Assembly: GCF_018350175.1 (NCBI RefSeq) | Contig: NC_058368.1 | Span: forward strand, 175,524,001 to 175,588,000 | DNA: 64,000 nucleotides | Reading direction: 5' to 3' | From: Felis catus | Lineage: Eukaryota | Part shown: positions 14,122-26,608 of the stretch, piece after piece | Layout of the letters: each line of letters begins with the position of its first letter | Numbering within the stretch: position 1 is the first letter of the stretch | Notes under the pieces: model-generated | The model's input: only the letters and a program-made list of their open reading frames with translations | What the model was told of the DNA's origin: nothing | Database searches by the model: none | Made by a program: the position numbers and the translations under genes

Positions 14122-15074
14122 AAGAAAATGACAGTAGCCTTAATATTCTTGGAGAAACTACTTCCACTGTAAACAAAACTAATATAAATTATGAAATGAA
14201 GGCCAGGTACTCCTTTTGCACATTTGTTAAAAATGTTAAAAAAATTTTAAAAAGATGAAAGGTTTTCAACAAGCCAGTTGGAATCAACAACACGTTCATA
14301 AAGATACTCAAAAGCTATATTTGAAGGTTCCTAGGCCTATTAAGCATTTTGTCTGTTGACTGCAAAATTAAGTTTTAAACCACACTACATTAAAGGAGAT
14401 TTTTTTTTTCCCAAAAGGAAAAGCAAAATTTCGTTTCCTAAGTTGTTTTTTTTTTTAATTTAGATGAATAATATAGCCATATCAATCCATCCAACTTCTA
14501 GGTCTTATATCAACTTTAAACACATTCAACAATCACATTTCTATAAGGAACTGCAAACGAAGGATTAAAAATAAGTGAAGTCATTCATAATATATTTTAT
14601 GAAATTATTTTTAAGATAAAATAAACCCAAATATAAAATTTGCTTCCATATGGTGGGCTCTTTTTAATTCTCAAATTCTTTTCATTGAATTCTCATACTT
14701 TTTTTTCTGAGAGGCATATTACGTTCTACTAGTCTCACAGAATCAAGGCCCATATTCTGTTTTCTCCATTTCTAAAGTAGCAGAGCAACCAGAGGGGTTC
14801 TTTATTTTCAAAATGGATTGGCAGGTTTTATATATTTACTTTAAAAGGACAATATGTTGTTGTGGTTTTTTGTTTTTTTTTTTAAGATATTCAACTTCTG
14901 TTATCACCTTTAAAAAAAAAATCTCACAATAGAATGACTGTTAAAATCGAGCACAGCTTTCCTAGTAGCTATCTAAACCAAGGGAGCTTGACAAGAGGTA
15001 AAGTACTTCCTCGAGCCAAACTACATTTCGGTGGTATATAAAGTTCATCATCTTGGTTTAAAAAAAATCAAGCT

Positions 15075-15282
15075 GGGGCACCTGGGGGGCTCAGTCGGTT
15101 ACATATCTGACTTCGGCTCAGGTCACGAGTTCGAGCCCCATCTAGGGCTCTGTGTTGTCACTTCAGAGCCTGGAGCTTGCGTCGGATTCTAGGTCTCCCT
15201 CTCTCTCTCTGCCCCTCCCCCACTGACGCTCTGTCTCTCTCAAGAAATGAATAAACGTTAAAAGAAATTTTTTTTTTAATAC
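15075..15282 (+). mobile_element. Can-SINE with small internal deletion
   Basis: Head and tail present; segment between ggtcac and gagttcgag is missing; short TSD aaaaatcaa. Confidence 0.92.
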
Positions 15283-16249
15283 AAAAATCAAACATAACTA
15301 TACTCTGACATTTCGGGACAAAGAACTCATGTATGAATTCTTTACTACTCTTTAAAGGAAAAAAGGGACAAAGTTCACTTAATATACTTAAGTCACTTTG
15401 GCATTTAAGCTTAAGTTCGAGCTAAGTTTCTCATTTGATAGGCTTGAAAATAGACTTAACAGGTATTTGGTAATAATCTATGCCATTTATTGAGTGCTTT
15501 CAAGGCTGGGCAGTGTGCTGGATCTCATGGATATATCATAGCATTCAATCCTCCCGACCACCATAAACCATAGCAACAGAATGGCAATTGAAATCCAGAT
15601 CCGACCCCAAAACCGATGGCCTTTCTGCTTTGCCGCACTTCCTTTTATAAATCACTATTTTTACAAAACCTTTATGTTTCCAGACCAGGCCGATCAGATT
15701 TGATGTTTTCTGTCATCGGACTTAATTTTTCGTTATCCCTACAGAATCAGCTTAAAGAAACTTGATTTGGGTACAAGTTGGTAGGAAGAAATTGAAAGGG
15801 GAATATAGAATAAAAGCAGAACTTTATACGATGATTCAGCACACTAGAAGAAATAGAAATAAACCTGAGAGATATTCTGGCTGTATCTGATAAGTCAAAG
15901 AAATGCTACTGTTAATCCTATTAGAATAATGTGTGCAAACTCTTATTTCTCACCTAAGTACTAGTTAGGGCTTGCTTCTTAGAAGCATCACGTAATAAAC
16001 TGCTTACATCTGCTACCGTTTGGAAACTGTGTTTTCTCTGAAATGCGCTTATCATGAATAAATAAATAAAATAAAATATCATGAAATAAAAAGAAACAGG
16101 CACTTATCGTGAAAAATGAGTTCTGATTATTTATTATCCCTTGTATCAAGTACATAAGAGGCTCTCCCCCGACCCAAAAAAAGAAAGTTGCTGAAGGAAT
16201 CGAATACATTAAGAATAAACAAATGTCCTTTACCTTCAGCTACTTTTTC

Positions 16250-16450
16250 TGTACTTAGCTTTTAATTTGGGGATAATTGCAGATTCACAGCAGGTTGCAA
16301 AACATAGTACAGAGAGATCCCATGTACCCTTTATCCGGCATCCTCAAGTGGTGACACCTTACATAAGTAGAGTACAAACCAGGAAACTGCCGTTGGTACA
16401 ATCTACAGACCCTATTCACATTTCTCCTTTAGCTTATACTTTTAATTTAA
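16250..16450 (-). mobile_element. Old L1M 3'-UTR remnant
   Basis: ataattgcagattcacagcaggttgcaaaacatagtacagagagatcccatgtacccttt resembles an antisense L1MB/MC 3' end; recognised from memory only. Confidence 0.6.
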
Positions 16451-17911
16451 GAGTGTGTAGTTTTTCTGGTGCTAGAAAGGGCCTTAGACTCTCCTCACTC
16501 TTCTGATGAGAAAACAGATACGTCAAAGAGGCTGACCCCAAGTCAGAGTGCTAAGAAATGGCAAAAATAAATTCTGAACAAGAGATCATCTTTCCTCAGA
16601 AACAGACTGTGTATCTGGGTTAGAGTCACCCGTCAGAATTATATGCGGAATTCAGTAAAGATCTTCAAAAATATTCTTAATTATGGTAAAGTTATCTCAA
16701 CAGCTGGATGCATACTTTTTTCACATATTATTTTTCATCTCCCCAGACCTCAAAAAGCTCTCCTGAAAAAAATGTACCATTGTTCGTCTGCTGAAAAAAA
16801 TACTTAAAAGTTTGACTGCAGCAGTAATATAATCAACCAAACTCAAAGGAAAACCAGGCCGGGCTGGTCACCACTTAAAGCAACAGGCTGTCTTGCCACC
16901 TTTGACCCTAGTGCAAAGCTGTGTCTGGCACAAAGTAGGATCATAAACACTGAACAAATGAATGGATGAATGAATGTACGAACAGGTAAGTGGGATGACC
17001 AAATGTATCCAACGTTCCAAATTTCTTTAAAAAAAACAAGCACACAAACAAAAAAACCCAACCCTGCTTTCCAGTAAACTGACATTTATGTGCAGAAAAA
17101 TATCTTATTTTGTGGGGTAGTTTTCATAAAATCAGAGCTGGAAGGGCCGTTAGAGAATACCCAGTCTGGTAATTCTCAGTCCTGGTTACCGGTGAGCATC
17201 ACGTGAGACACTGAAAAGTTGACATGCCAAGTCCCATCCCATACGTGGAATGGGGTCCAGGCATCTATATTTTATTTTTAAAGCTTACCCATTATAAGTG
17301 CCTTACTTTAACAGTGAGGCTAAGCCTCTTACTATAAAGATGAGAAATTAAGGCCTAGGCAAAAGAAAATGTACGATCCAAAATAACAGAGCCAGTCAGC
17401 AATAGAATTGAGACCAGAATGCAGAAAGAACACTATTTTTTCCTAACATAATCCATAAAAACTATTTCAATAATAAAACTTCATTTTAACTTGGAAACTA
17501 CTGGCCGTTTTTAAAAATGTGAAACTAGACCAAAACCTCTATCAGCATTTGGACTCTGACTAGTGTCCAGTCACTATCAAGAGCAGAGACACATAGAGGT
17601 TTGAGACACTGAGCACTTTTTGCCTCAGATGTAAAAAAAAAATAAAAATAAAAAATGAAGTGTATGGTTCGTGTCTCCCATTAAATTAGAACTCTTGTAG
17701 CTCTCTTAATTGGTACTGGGAAGGGCCCACAGTGGACGCCCACCAAATACGTTTGATTTTTTCACAAGCGAGGTCCATGTATAAAGTTGATGGAACTGAC
17801 TACATACAAAATATGCACCCATAATATTTGCCGTATTGCTCACGAGATTACATAGATAATACAAATGTTTAACTATTCGCTAAAACCAAATAGTTAGATT
17901 TTTTGAATTAC

Positions 17912-17993
17912 CTTTAATGGAATCATTTTCAGCTCTCATAATGTCAATGAGGGAACTCTCCAGGGAGTGCATGTCAAATGTCCTGGGGCGATC
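17912..17993 (-). CDS. CPEB4: CPEB4 coding exon 2 (82 nt; DRPRTFDMHSLESSLIDIMRAENDSIK-G)
   Basis: Read by hand on the minus strand: tgtttgtgtttgcag|GAT CGC CCC AGG ACA TTT GAC ATG CAC TCC CTG GAG AGT TCC CTC ATT GAC ATT ATG AGA GCT GAA AAT GAT TCC ATT AAA G|gtaatt. It is in frame with exon 1 and matches the CPEB2-4 family SLE.SLIDIMRAE motif. Absent from the ORF track because it is short. Confidence 0.97.
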
Positions 17994-19168
17994 CTGCAAA
18001 CACAAACAGCCACAAACCACTTTTAAAATAGCTTTTAATTATAAAAGGAGACAGTAAGCTGCATCCGATGGGACACAGATCAAAAAGGGGCAATTTTACT
18101 CCCTCTATGTGTAAGGTACATTATTACTACATTTTATTTTTAACACTTCCAAAACATCAAAAGCACAAAAGTACCCAGGGTTCAGCAGAGAGTGATTTGA
18201 TTTCTAGTAATTTCAATAAAAGCTTTACTTTTACTAAGAAAGCAAAGGCAACTAAAACCTGTTTCCATATAGTCAACAACATGAAACAAATGCAAAAATA
18301 AAATTCATAACCTGTCTGCCACTTAAGATTGCAGTAACGTGGCAAAACTTGACAAACTTGTTTCAGCACTTTAGGCTCCGAGCTGCATTCAGTAGAGATT
18401 GCTACCGAATAGCCATATGCTTGTAACCCAAAGTTTGGAAATCGTTATCCAATAGTCTTTTGACCACTAAGTGGCAAGGCAGTCTTGATATTGCTGCCAT
18501 AATTTTAAAGGGAAGACAGGGGGTCAACACTGTTGGTCTAAACCCTGGCTTAACCAAATGCATTTCAAGAGTGGGTGAGAAATCTGAAAATACACAACGA
18601 ACCAACCGCTCTGGCATTCTTCTGGAGGAAAAGTACTAGAGATAACTAAGATTAAGTTTAGCCTGACAAGTGACGAGTAGGAGATGAAAATATTTTAAAA
18701 TTAAACTCGGAAAGGAAGCAGTAATACAGGTTTCGGAACCACCCGAAGAATAAACAGGTGCACATACAGAGACAACTGCCAAACGTCTTAAAGAAAAGGG
18801 GCTTCCAAAGGAATTTGACAAGCGGGAGTCTATAACCTTCCCTTCAGCTTTATTTCCTCTTACGTTACTTTCTAACGCAAAGCTTTGGCTTTTTAAAAAA
18901 GGTTCCCCTGATTTTATCCCCCACCCCTTTCTTTCAATTTGTGGAATCTCACTTTTCCTCTTTCCTAGCAAACTTCTAGAACCCTAAGACTGATAGAGCA
19001 AGTTCTCCACTGGAGAGCATTTTTTGATCAACTTGGCATTTCTCCTCCATCCTTCTGTAACACCGCCTGTCCTATTTCCCTGAAATAGGGATCACTTCTG
19101 ACCACACTCCACCATGTAGACATTCAGAATGTTTTCTGAATGAATTGTTTTAGGATACCAATTTCTTT

Positions 19169-19215
19169 TTTTTTTTTTTTTAATGTTTATTTACAGAGAA
19201 AGATACAGCCCTGAC
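19169..19215 (-). mobile_element. Severely 5'-truncated SINE tail insertion
   Basis: poly-T + aatgtttattta (SINE tail motif) bracketed by duplicated accaatttcttt. Confidence 0.65.
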
Positions 19216-20424
19216 ACCAATTTCTTTACCTCTGCAACTTGAGGAGCTCAAGAACAATTATATTTGGATATAATCCAATATTTAAAACAGAGTATTACAG
19301 GTTTTTTGTTGGGGGTAGAGAGGATGAAGCTGGGGATGGGGAGCAGAAGCCTTAACACGCTGTTCTGCTCTGACCTGGTACAACTCCCTCCAGAGTATCT
19401 TTCTCACTTTTCTTCCCGATTCTTTCCTCATCATCTTCACCTTCTCAATATGGTCTACAGAGAAGCAGGAGGACACGTGGCCAGAATTAGAATTTCTAAA
19501 GAGTAGTGTTCACAAAAAGGGAGACAACTGCTCTGTTTTTTTTATCCTTCCTCATCTCAAGCACTGAATCAAATCAAAACTCTTGAATTAAATCGAAACT
19601 GCCTATTCTTTTGGAAGCTAGGTGGATTTGAGGCATAACTCGAGAAAGAAGTTAAATCAAAATTCCACTGTCTTATTCTACAGTTGCTGGATTTGTCCCC
19701 TGTTCCGAAATCTGCGAGCCACACCGATAAGTAGGCCATCCACCGTCTCTACTACCTCCGATACAAAACCAGTGTTGGAGGCAAGAATTCTCGGTGTCTG
19801 ACAACTTGCCTATGTCGTCAGTTTCTCAAGGTGAGGAAGTATGTCTTCCATCAAATGTTCCCAATGGGTACAACTCCAAAGGGTGGCGGTGTGCCAAGAT
19901 ATTCATCGCCTAAGCCCACAGGACTGATGTAGCAGGAACTCCCTAACAGATGATTTCTGTTTCAATATTACGTTTCCTAGGTGTGTCATGATATGAAACA
20001 GGTTGAGAAGCTTTGCCCTACATTTCTGTATCACTGTGCCTCACCCAGGATCTGAAAGGTAGAAAGCACAAGCGTTTGCTGAAGCAATGAATAAATAAAT
20101 GCCTTCAAGTAATTTTTAAATATTTAAAATATTTCTTTCCTCCTATTTCCTTAAGGTTTGTTCTTACATTTTCCCTTTCCTGCCTTAGAGTTGTAGGTTT
20201 TCTTTTGCCAAAATAGCTGTCCTGGGTGGTGGGGTAGAGAATACTCAGCCTGGTTTTTTTTGTTTTTTGTTTTTTTTTTTCTTTTTTAATGCAACTAAAG
20301 CAGTAAGCAACCTTGTGAATTTCCAGAACTTGCATTTTGCCAATCACTGAATAACAAGATCACTGAAGAGAAGCAGTTTGTTTTGGTTTATGACAGTTGT
20401 TTCCATTAAATAAAGAAGCTTCCT

Positions 20425-20611
20425 GCATCCGACTTCAGCCCAGGTCATGAACTCATGGTTCATGAGTTAGAGCCCCACATCGGGCTCTGTGCTCCAAGTT
20501 TGGAGCCTGGAGCCTGCTTTGATTTCTGTGTCTCCCTCTCTCTCTGCCCTCCCCTGCTCAAGCTCTGTCTCTCTCTCAAAAATAAACAAACACTTAAAAA
20601 AAGAAAGAAAG
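20425..20611 (+). mobile_element. 5'-truncated Can-SINE (first of a tandem pair)
   Basis: Starts at gcatccgacttcagcccagg; flanked by aagaagcttcct and aagaaacttcct. Confidence 0.9.
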
Positions 20612-20623
20612 AAACTTCCTTTT

Positions 20624-20853
20624 GGGGCACCTGGGTGGCTTAATCCGTTAAACATCTGACTTTGGCCCCGGTCATGATCTCGCAGCTTAGGAGTTTGAGT
20701 CCCACATTGGGCTCTCTGCTGTCAGTGCGTAGCCTGCTTCAGATCCTCTGTCTCCCTCTCTCTGCCACTCCCCTGCTTGGGCCCCCTCTCTCTCTCAAAA
20801 ATAAATAAACATTTAAAAAAATATTTTAAAAATTATTTAAAAAAAACAAAAAA
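20624..20853 (+). mobile_element. Can-SINE, different variant (second of the tandem pair)
   Basis: Full head; body variant ctctgctgtcagtgcgtagcctgcttcagatcctctg; flanked by aa(a/g)cttcctttt. Confidence 0.92.
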
Positions 20854-21365
20854 TAAGCTTCCTTTTAACCTGTAAGTTTCTAAATGTGGTACTGAAATTT
20901 ACCAAAGCCACTTCATTACCTCCTCCCCCAGCATAGTGCCTGAAACATAAAGATTTTTGCTAATATAACCATTGACTTGTAACTGGTGGAACATATTAAA
21001 ATTAAAATCCTAAATGAAATTTTTAAATTTTCAGTAATGCTTTATGGGATTAAAAACAAACAAACCCTCTATCCTTTTTACACTCATACTAACTTTCCTT
21101 TCATTTCTCACGATTTAATACAAGATTAACAAATAAATGCCAATACACAAACTCTGATCAATTGGTATTGATTCTCAGATGTGATGTGTTGAGAAAGATT
21201 TTCAGGCTCTGTGTGGATTCAAGAGGGAATGGCATCTGGACAGACTGCTGATGATTTAAGTGCAAGGTACAGACCCATTGGCACAAGTACCACATTCTTG
21301 CCAACCGCCTAATATGTATTCCTTCCCACAGTCCAGCCTTATTACAATTATTATAAATGACTACA

Positions 21366-21590
21366 GGGGCGCCTGGGTGGCGCAGTCGGTTAAGCATCCG
21401 ACTTCAGCCAGGTCACCATCTCGCGGTCCGTGAGTTCGAGCCCTGCATCAGGCTCTGGGCTGATGGCTCAGAGCCTGGAGCCTGTTTCCCATTCTGTGTC
21501 TCCCTCTCTCTCTGCCCCTCCCCCGTTCATGCTCTGTCTCTCTCTGTCCCAAAAATAAATAAACGTTGAAAAAAAAAATTAAAAAAAAAA
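21366..21590 (+). mobile_element. Can-SINE, young-looking subfamily
   Basis: Full length; TSD aaatgactaca. Confidence 0.95.
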
Positions 21591-21788
21591 ATGACTACAT
21601 CCGTATAACATTTTATTTCTTATGATGCCTTGGCAATTCAAAGAGTTCAAAAGCCACACATTTTGTCCAGTAAACATTCTGTTCTCAGAGAGGGTCTAAA
21701 GTTTATCCTTCTTGATTTACTCCCTCTCACTGGTCTTTTCCATCGATTTTTAACCTCTAATTAAAATAAAAACAAAATCTAACATTTA

Positions 21789-22002
21789 GGGGCGCCTGGG
21801 TGGCTCAGTCAGTGAAGTGTCCAACTTCAGCTCAGGTCATGATCCTATGGTTCGTGGGTTCGAATCCCACATCAGGCTCTGTGCTGATGGCTCAGAGCCT
21901 GGAGCCTGCTTCAGATTCTGTGTATCCCCCTCGCTCTGCCCCTCCCTCACTTGTACTCTCTCTCAAAAATAAATAAAAAGTTAAAATATTAAAAAAAAAA
22001 AA
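21789..22002 (+). mobile_element. Can-SINE
   Basis: Head ggggcgcctgggtggctcagtc, CT region and A tail. Confidence 0.94.
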
Positions 22003-22939
22003 ACTAAAATTTAAGTGAGCCACTAGGAAATAGGTGGAGAAGTAGACACAAATAAATAAACCCAAGGAATAAGAACACAAATGATGTTGGTTTTCCTACG
22101 CAATAACCAAAGTGTCAAAATAAGAGGGCTTTGATTTCCCTATTTCGTTCTTTGACTTTGCCTTTTTTTGACTGCTAATTGGGCCAAATATCATAATCAC
22201 TTATCTATTTTCTAGGATCCATTTCCCAGAAAGTAAACTATAAAATAAAAAACTTGCTAAGTGACAGCTCTCCTAGATTGAACTTGAGCTGATAACCAAA
22301 ATATGAACATCAGCATAAATCGGTGGAATGAACATTAGACACTAGGAAGCCCCAACTCCTCCACTGGTGGGTCATGTGAGTTTGGGCACTTTCACCTTTC
22401 AGACCTCTTTGCTGATCTGAAAAAGGAAAACATTTGATTAGATCTATAATGACCTCTTCCTAGCTCCAAAATATATTTGTTTTCCAGCTATCTGATGTCC
22501 TTAGTTTGTGGTCTCCCAAGATTTAGTTTAATTATATTGATGACTATTGGCAGGAAGCAAAAATGTAATTGAGAACGACTAATGAAAGCTCATCATTTTG
22601 TGCCCACGAAAAGGTGAGAGTCAATCACAGGTTAGTAAGAAACAAAGCCTTAAAAGTCTTAGGAGGACAATCGTTACATTTTCTTATGCTATACATAATG
22701 GAAAATAAGCTTTTTAAATAAAAAAAATATACTTAAAACAATTTGTTGAAGGGGATGTGCTGATTTCAGGTGAAAGGGCAAAGACTCTATTATAAAACAA
22801 AAAACACCAGAAACCATATTTGCTTCAACATACCATCACCTGTTTCTCTTGGCAGCCTAAAGGGAGAAAAGGCAGAAAAACAGAACTATCTTTTACTGAA
22901 CACCTACTAAGTCCCTGACATTATTTTAAGTACTTTATT

Positions 22940-23158
22940 TAAAAAAAATTTTTTTAACATTTATTTATTTTTGAGACAGAGAGAGACAGAGCATGAACAG
23001 GGGAGGGGCAGAGAGAGAGGGAGACACAGAATCTGAAACAGGCTCCAGGCTCTGAGCTGTCAGCACAGAGCCCGACGCGGGGCTAGAACTCACGGACCGC
23101 GAGATCATGACCTGAGCCAAAGTCAGACGCTTAACCGACCGAGCCACCCAGGCGCCCC
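22940..23158 (-). mobile_element. Can-SINE
   Basis: Full length; TSD ttaagtactttatt. Confidence 0.95.
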
Positions 23159-23399
23159 TTAAGTACTTTATTAATACTGTCTTAATTAATCCTCAAACCT
23201 CCTTCTAAGTTAGATGGCATTATTCCTGTTTTCATGATAAAAACTAAGACTAAGGAAAATTCTGTTTACTGCACAGACAGGTTACTGCATAGTTCAGCAG
23301 CTTAGTCAGGATTCAAGCCTAAATCGCCCTCCAGAGCAGGCAGTAATTCCTTGGGTAAGCAGTCAAAGGACCACACTAATTAAGACATACATTTACACA

Positions 23400-23603
23400 G
23401 GGGTGCCAGGGTGGCTCAGTTATGTGTTCGACTTCGGCTCAGTTCATGATCTCACGGTTCGTGAGTTCAAGCCCCACATTGGGCTCTGTGCTGACAGCTC
23501 AGAGCCAGGAGCCTGCTTCAGATTCTGTGTCTCCCTCACTCTCGTCCCCTCCCCTCTCGAAAAAATAAACGTTAAGAAAAAAAATGTTAATAAAAATAAA
23601 ACA
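23400..23603 (+). mobile_element. Can-SINE (diverged)
   Basis: Head and body recognisable; TSD aagaca(t/c)acatt. Confidence 0.9.
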
Positions 23604-23929
23604 AAAGACACACATTGGTATAAATGAGATACTCTGCTGTAAAGGTCCAGGGAGCAGGAATGTGCTGGCAAGTGCCCAACAAATTGCAGGCACTGGAATA
23701 TTTCTCAATAAAGAAAGAAAGAATAAAATGTGTAAGAGTATGTATAAGGATAATATAGGATTATGTCAGAGGTAACAAGAAGATACGAAAAGAAGCCTCA
23801 TCTTCCTTCTTTCTGTCTAGGTGGCGAATAGATATGGTGCACAAATTAAAAACCTACCACAAATGCCACTCTAGGCTTTTACTGCCAACCACAGGAGAAG
23901 TGGTAGTAACAGTAGTAATAATACCACTA

Positions 23930-24140
23930 ACATTAGTAGCTAACACTTATCAAGCTCTAATGCTTTATATATATGATCTTCTTTATTCCTCACAAAAATC
24001 CTATACAGTTAGGTATGTTCCGGAATTATCCCTTTTCACAGATGAAGAAATGGAAACTTAGAGTGATTAAATAACTGTATCAGTGCGAGGTAAGTGGAGG
24101 GGCAGAATTTGAACCCAGGCCTTCCGACTCTAGAACAAGA
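23930..24140 (-). mobile_element. MIR remnant
   Basis: tagctaacacttat...attatcccttttcacagatgaagaaatggaaacttagagtgattaaataact...agaatttgaacccagg. Confidence 0.75.
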
Positions 24141-24659
24141 TAGAAGAGTATCACCAATTATTTTCAAGGCTCAGCAAAGCAAACTTGACTACAACACTTA
24201 GACCTCATTTTATTTTGTAATCCTAATTGTTATATTTAACATATAGAGTTGCAGGTCAGTAACTGGTTGGTTTCAGTTTCTGTCATCTGTACCCCACAGA
24301 ACCATCTCTAATGGGAAAAAACCATACAAGCCAATATGAAAATCCAAGTTGATAAAAAATAATGTTCTGATAAAACAAATTAGTACTTCAAACAGCAGGA
24401 CACGTCCTTTTAACTTACACCTGAGTGATCCTGACTGCCATGGCAAAATAGGAAGCCTTACATCAGCAAATATCTGATGACATGGCTTTTCATAACATGC
24501 CAGGAGTAGCCAAAAGAAACACATGAACCTGTCGGTCTATTGACACAGGAAGAACAACTAGACTGCAGTTATACCACAAACCAAAATCATCATTCATGGC
24601 TTTTTTTTTTTCTTTTTAACATCCAGATGGATATTCTAAAACTTGAGAGCGTATGAGAG

Positions 24660-24830
24660 ACGGTGATTCTCAAGCTCGAGAGTCTATCAGAATCATCTGG
24701 AGATCTTGTCAAAACATAGATTAGGAGGTCTACCCACAAAAGTATCTCATTCAGTAGGCCTGGGTAGGATCCACGAATTCACGTTTCTAGTAAGTTTCTA
24801 AGTGAAGCCAGGGACCACACTTTGAGTGGC
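24660..24830. mobile_element. MER5-like hAT-Charlie DNA transposon remnant
   Basis: ttctcaagct...atcagaatcatctggaga..cttgtcaaaacatagatt...cattcagtaggcctggg...gggaccacactttgag pattern. Confidence 0.7.
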
Positions 24831-26608
24831 ACGGAGTTAAGCAATTACATTCAACAGGTTAACTTCCTTAGATACTTGGGGTTGTGTTTGTGAGTTACAT
24901 CCTGGCTGACTGGCCACGACACAGTCCAGCTTAAATAGTCTACGTCACCCATTTTAAGGTTTCTGCATAAAGCGAAGGGATTGCTCTCAGAACCCAAAAC
25001 AAAGCCCTCTCCGAGCCCCGAGACGCCTAACTTGGAAAAAGATTACAATCGAGTTCAATTTCAACAATTCAACCACCATGACCACTCTATTACTCGTTCT
25101 TGTCTGTTTATACTTGGGTTAGCATGTTTTTGCATTACTAGACTGGATCTAACACACAAAAAGTACTTAACTGAATATAGCCACATTATTAAGAACCAAA
25201 GCCAAAAGTCAGCTACCACTCCCTTCGCTCACTCTCTCCCTACAAAGACAGACAGCACTGTGATCACCACTTCGCAGACAACTATGTATCTCTATCAGTC
25301 AATGGAAGTTTCTCTTTCTGGCTTAAACTTTCCCTAGTGAAGAAGGGAAAAGAAAATATTTTGGTTTGAAAGGAAAGTCTATGCCAGGATGTCGGCTGCC
25401 AAGATAAATAGGAAGTCTGAGATGCCAGTACAGTCCATAATTAATCAAAGGTACTATGGGAGTTTTAATCCAAGATTTGCCAAGATGTGAATGTTCCTCT
25501 TGGGTTAAATATGTAAGCCCACAGGCATCAAAAAAGACTACCTAAGTCAACTTTCATGAGTCCACTTCCAGATGACCCTCAAATCCCTGTGCCGAAACGA
25601 GCCCCTTTTGCCCATCCCCCCTAACATGCCACCATTCCACATGATGCTGACAAAGTTCCATCACAGCCATCCCCCCAGTGGACTGTGAGCACCACTCATC
25701 TACACAGCCACAGATACGTTCCACATGTGCAGAGTATAAGTCCTTCATTATTGTCACCACCATTATTAAAGGGGCCAACACGTTCCTCCTGGTTCAGTGT
25801 TGTGCATCTTATGTGAGTTATGTATGATATACATACATTGGTTCCTCACAACCATCACATAAAGTGCATACAATTATCATCCCCATTTTAGGTAAATGAT
25901 GCTATAAGAAGTTAACTAATCGCTAAGTCACACGGTAAGTGGTAGAGTCTGATGTCAGAGAAGCTCAGAAACGTGGTCTGTTTAAGTAAGCCTCATCGTG
26001 ACCTAGAAATTTCAATGTGTAAACGCCCAGCAAGTATGAAGTCCTTTGCTCTATACAGGGCCTGAATGCAGAGAACAAGTGTCAGAGGTTAAAGTCAAAG
26101 AGGTAATTATCTGCAGGAGAAGAAACCACACTTAGGTTCATCTCATATTTCTTCACGTGTTTCCTCTTCCATCAGTACTTTCTCATTATGACAGCTTAAT
26201 AACTAAGGCAGTATCTTAAGAGACCATAGGCTACCAAATGCTCCCTATAAAAAACCATAACTAAATGAGTGAATGTCGTTGGTGTTTTATTCTGATTGGA
26301 TCAATAGCTCCATTTGCTCCCATGTGAACTGATGAATCAGATGTCTCCAGAAAGCCTTTGAGAAGAAAATTTTATTCCACCTTCACTAAATAAACCACAC
26401 TCATTTTGAGCATTAGAGATCCTTGAAATGGTAAACACTTCTTGTCACCACTTAACTGAATTTACAAAACAAGCTGGCTGCCTTTCCAGACTTGATTAGT
26501 CATTCCTGGGTCAACAGACCCCTTCTTTTTGTTGACTATTTGTTCATTCTCACCTTGCCTGGCAGAGAGAAATAATTAAAGTCTATTCTATTCTAAGACC
26601 TGAGTTTA

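Larger units (their letters stand above)
1..17911 (-). other. CPEB4: CPEB4 intron 2 (partial; continues beyond the window edge)
   Basis: Starts at the phase-1 donor AAAG|gtaatt. I found no sequence encoding the expected next CPEB4 residues in 1-17911. Confidence 0.8.

Noticed and set aside
1..17911. CPEB4 exon 3 and the 24-nt neuronal microexon 4
   Set aside because: Searched by eye for the expected coding sequence and did not find it; presumed to lie beyond the left edge.
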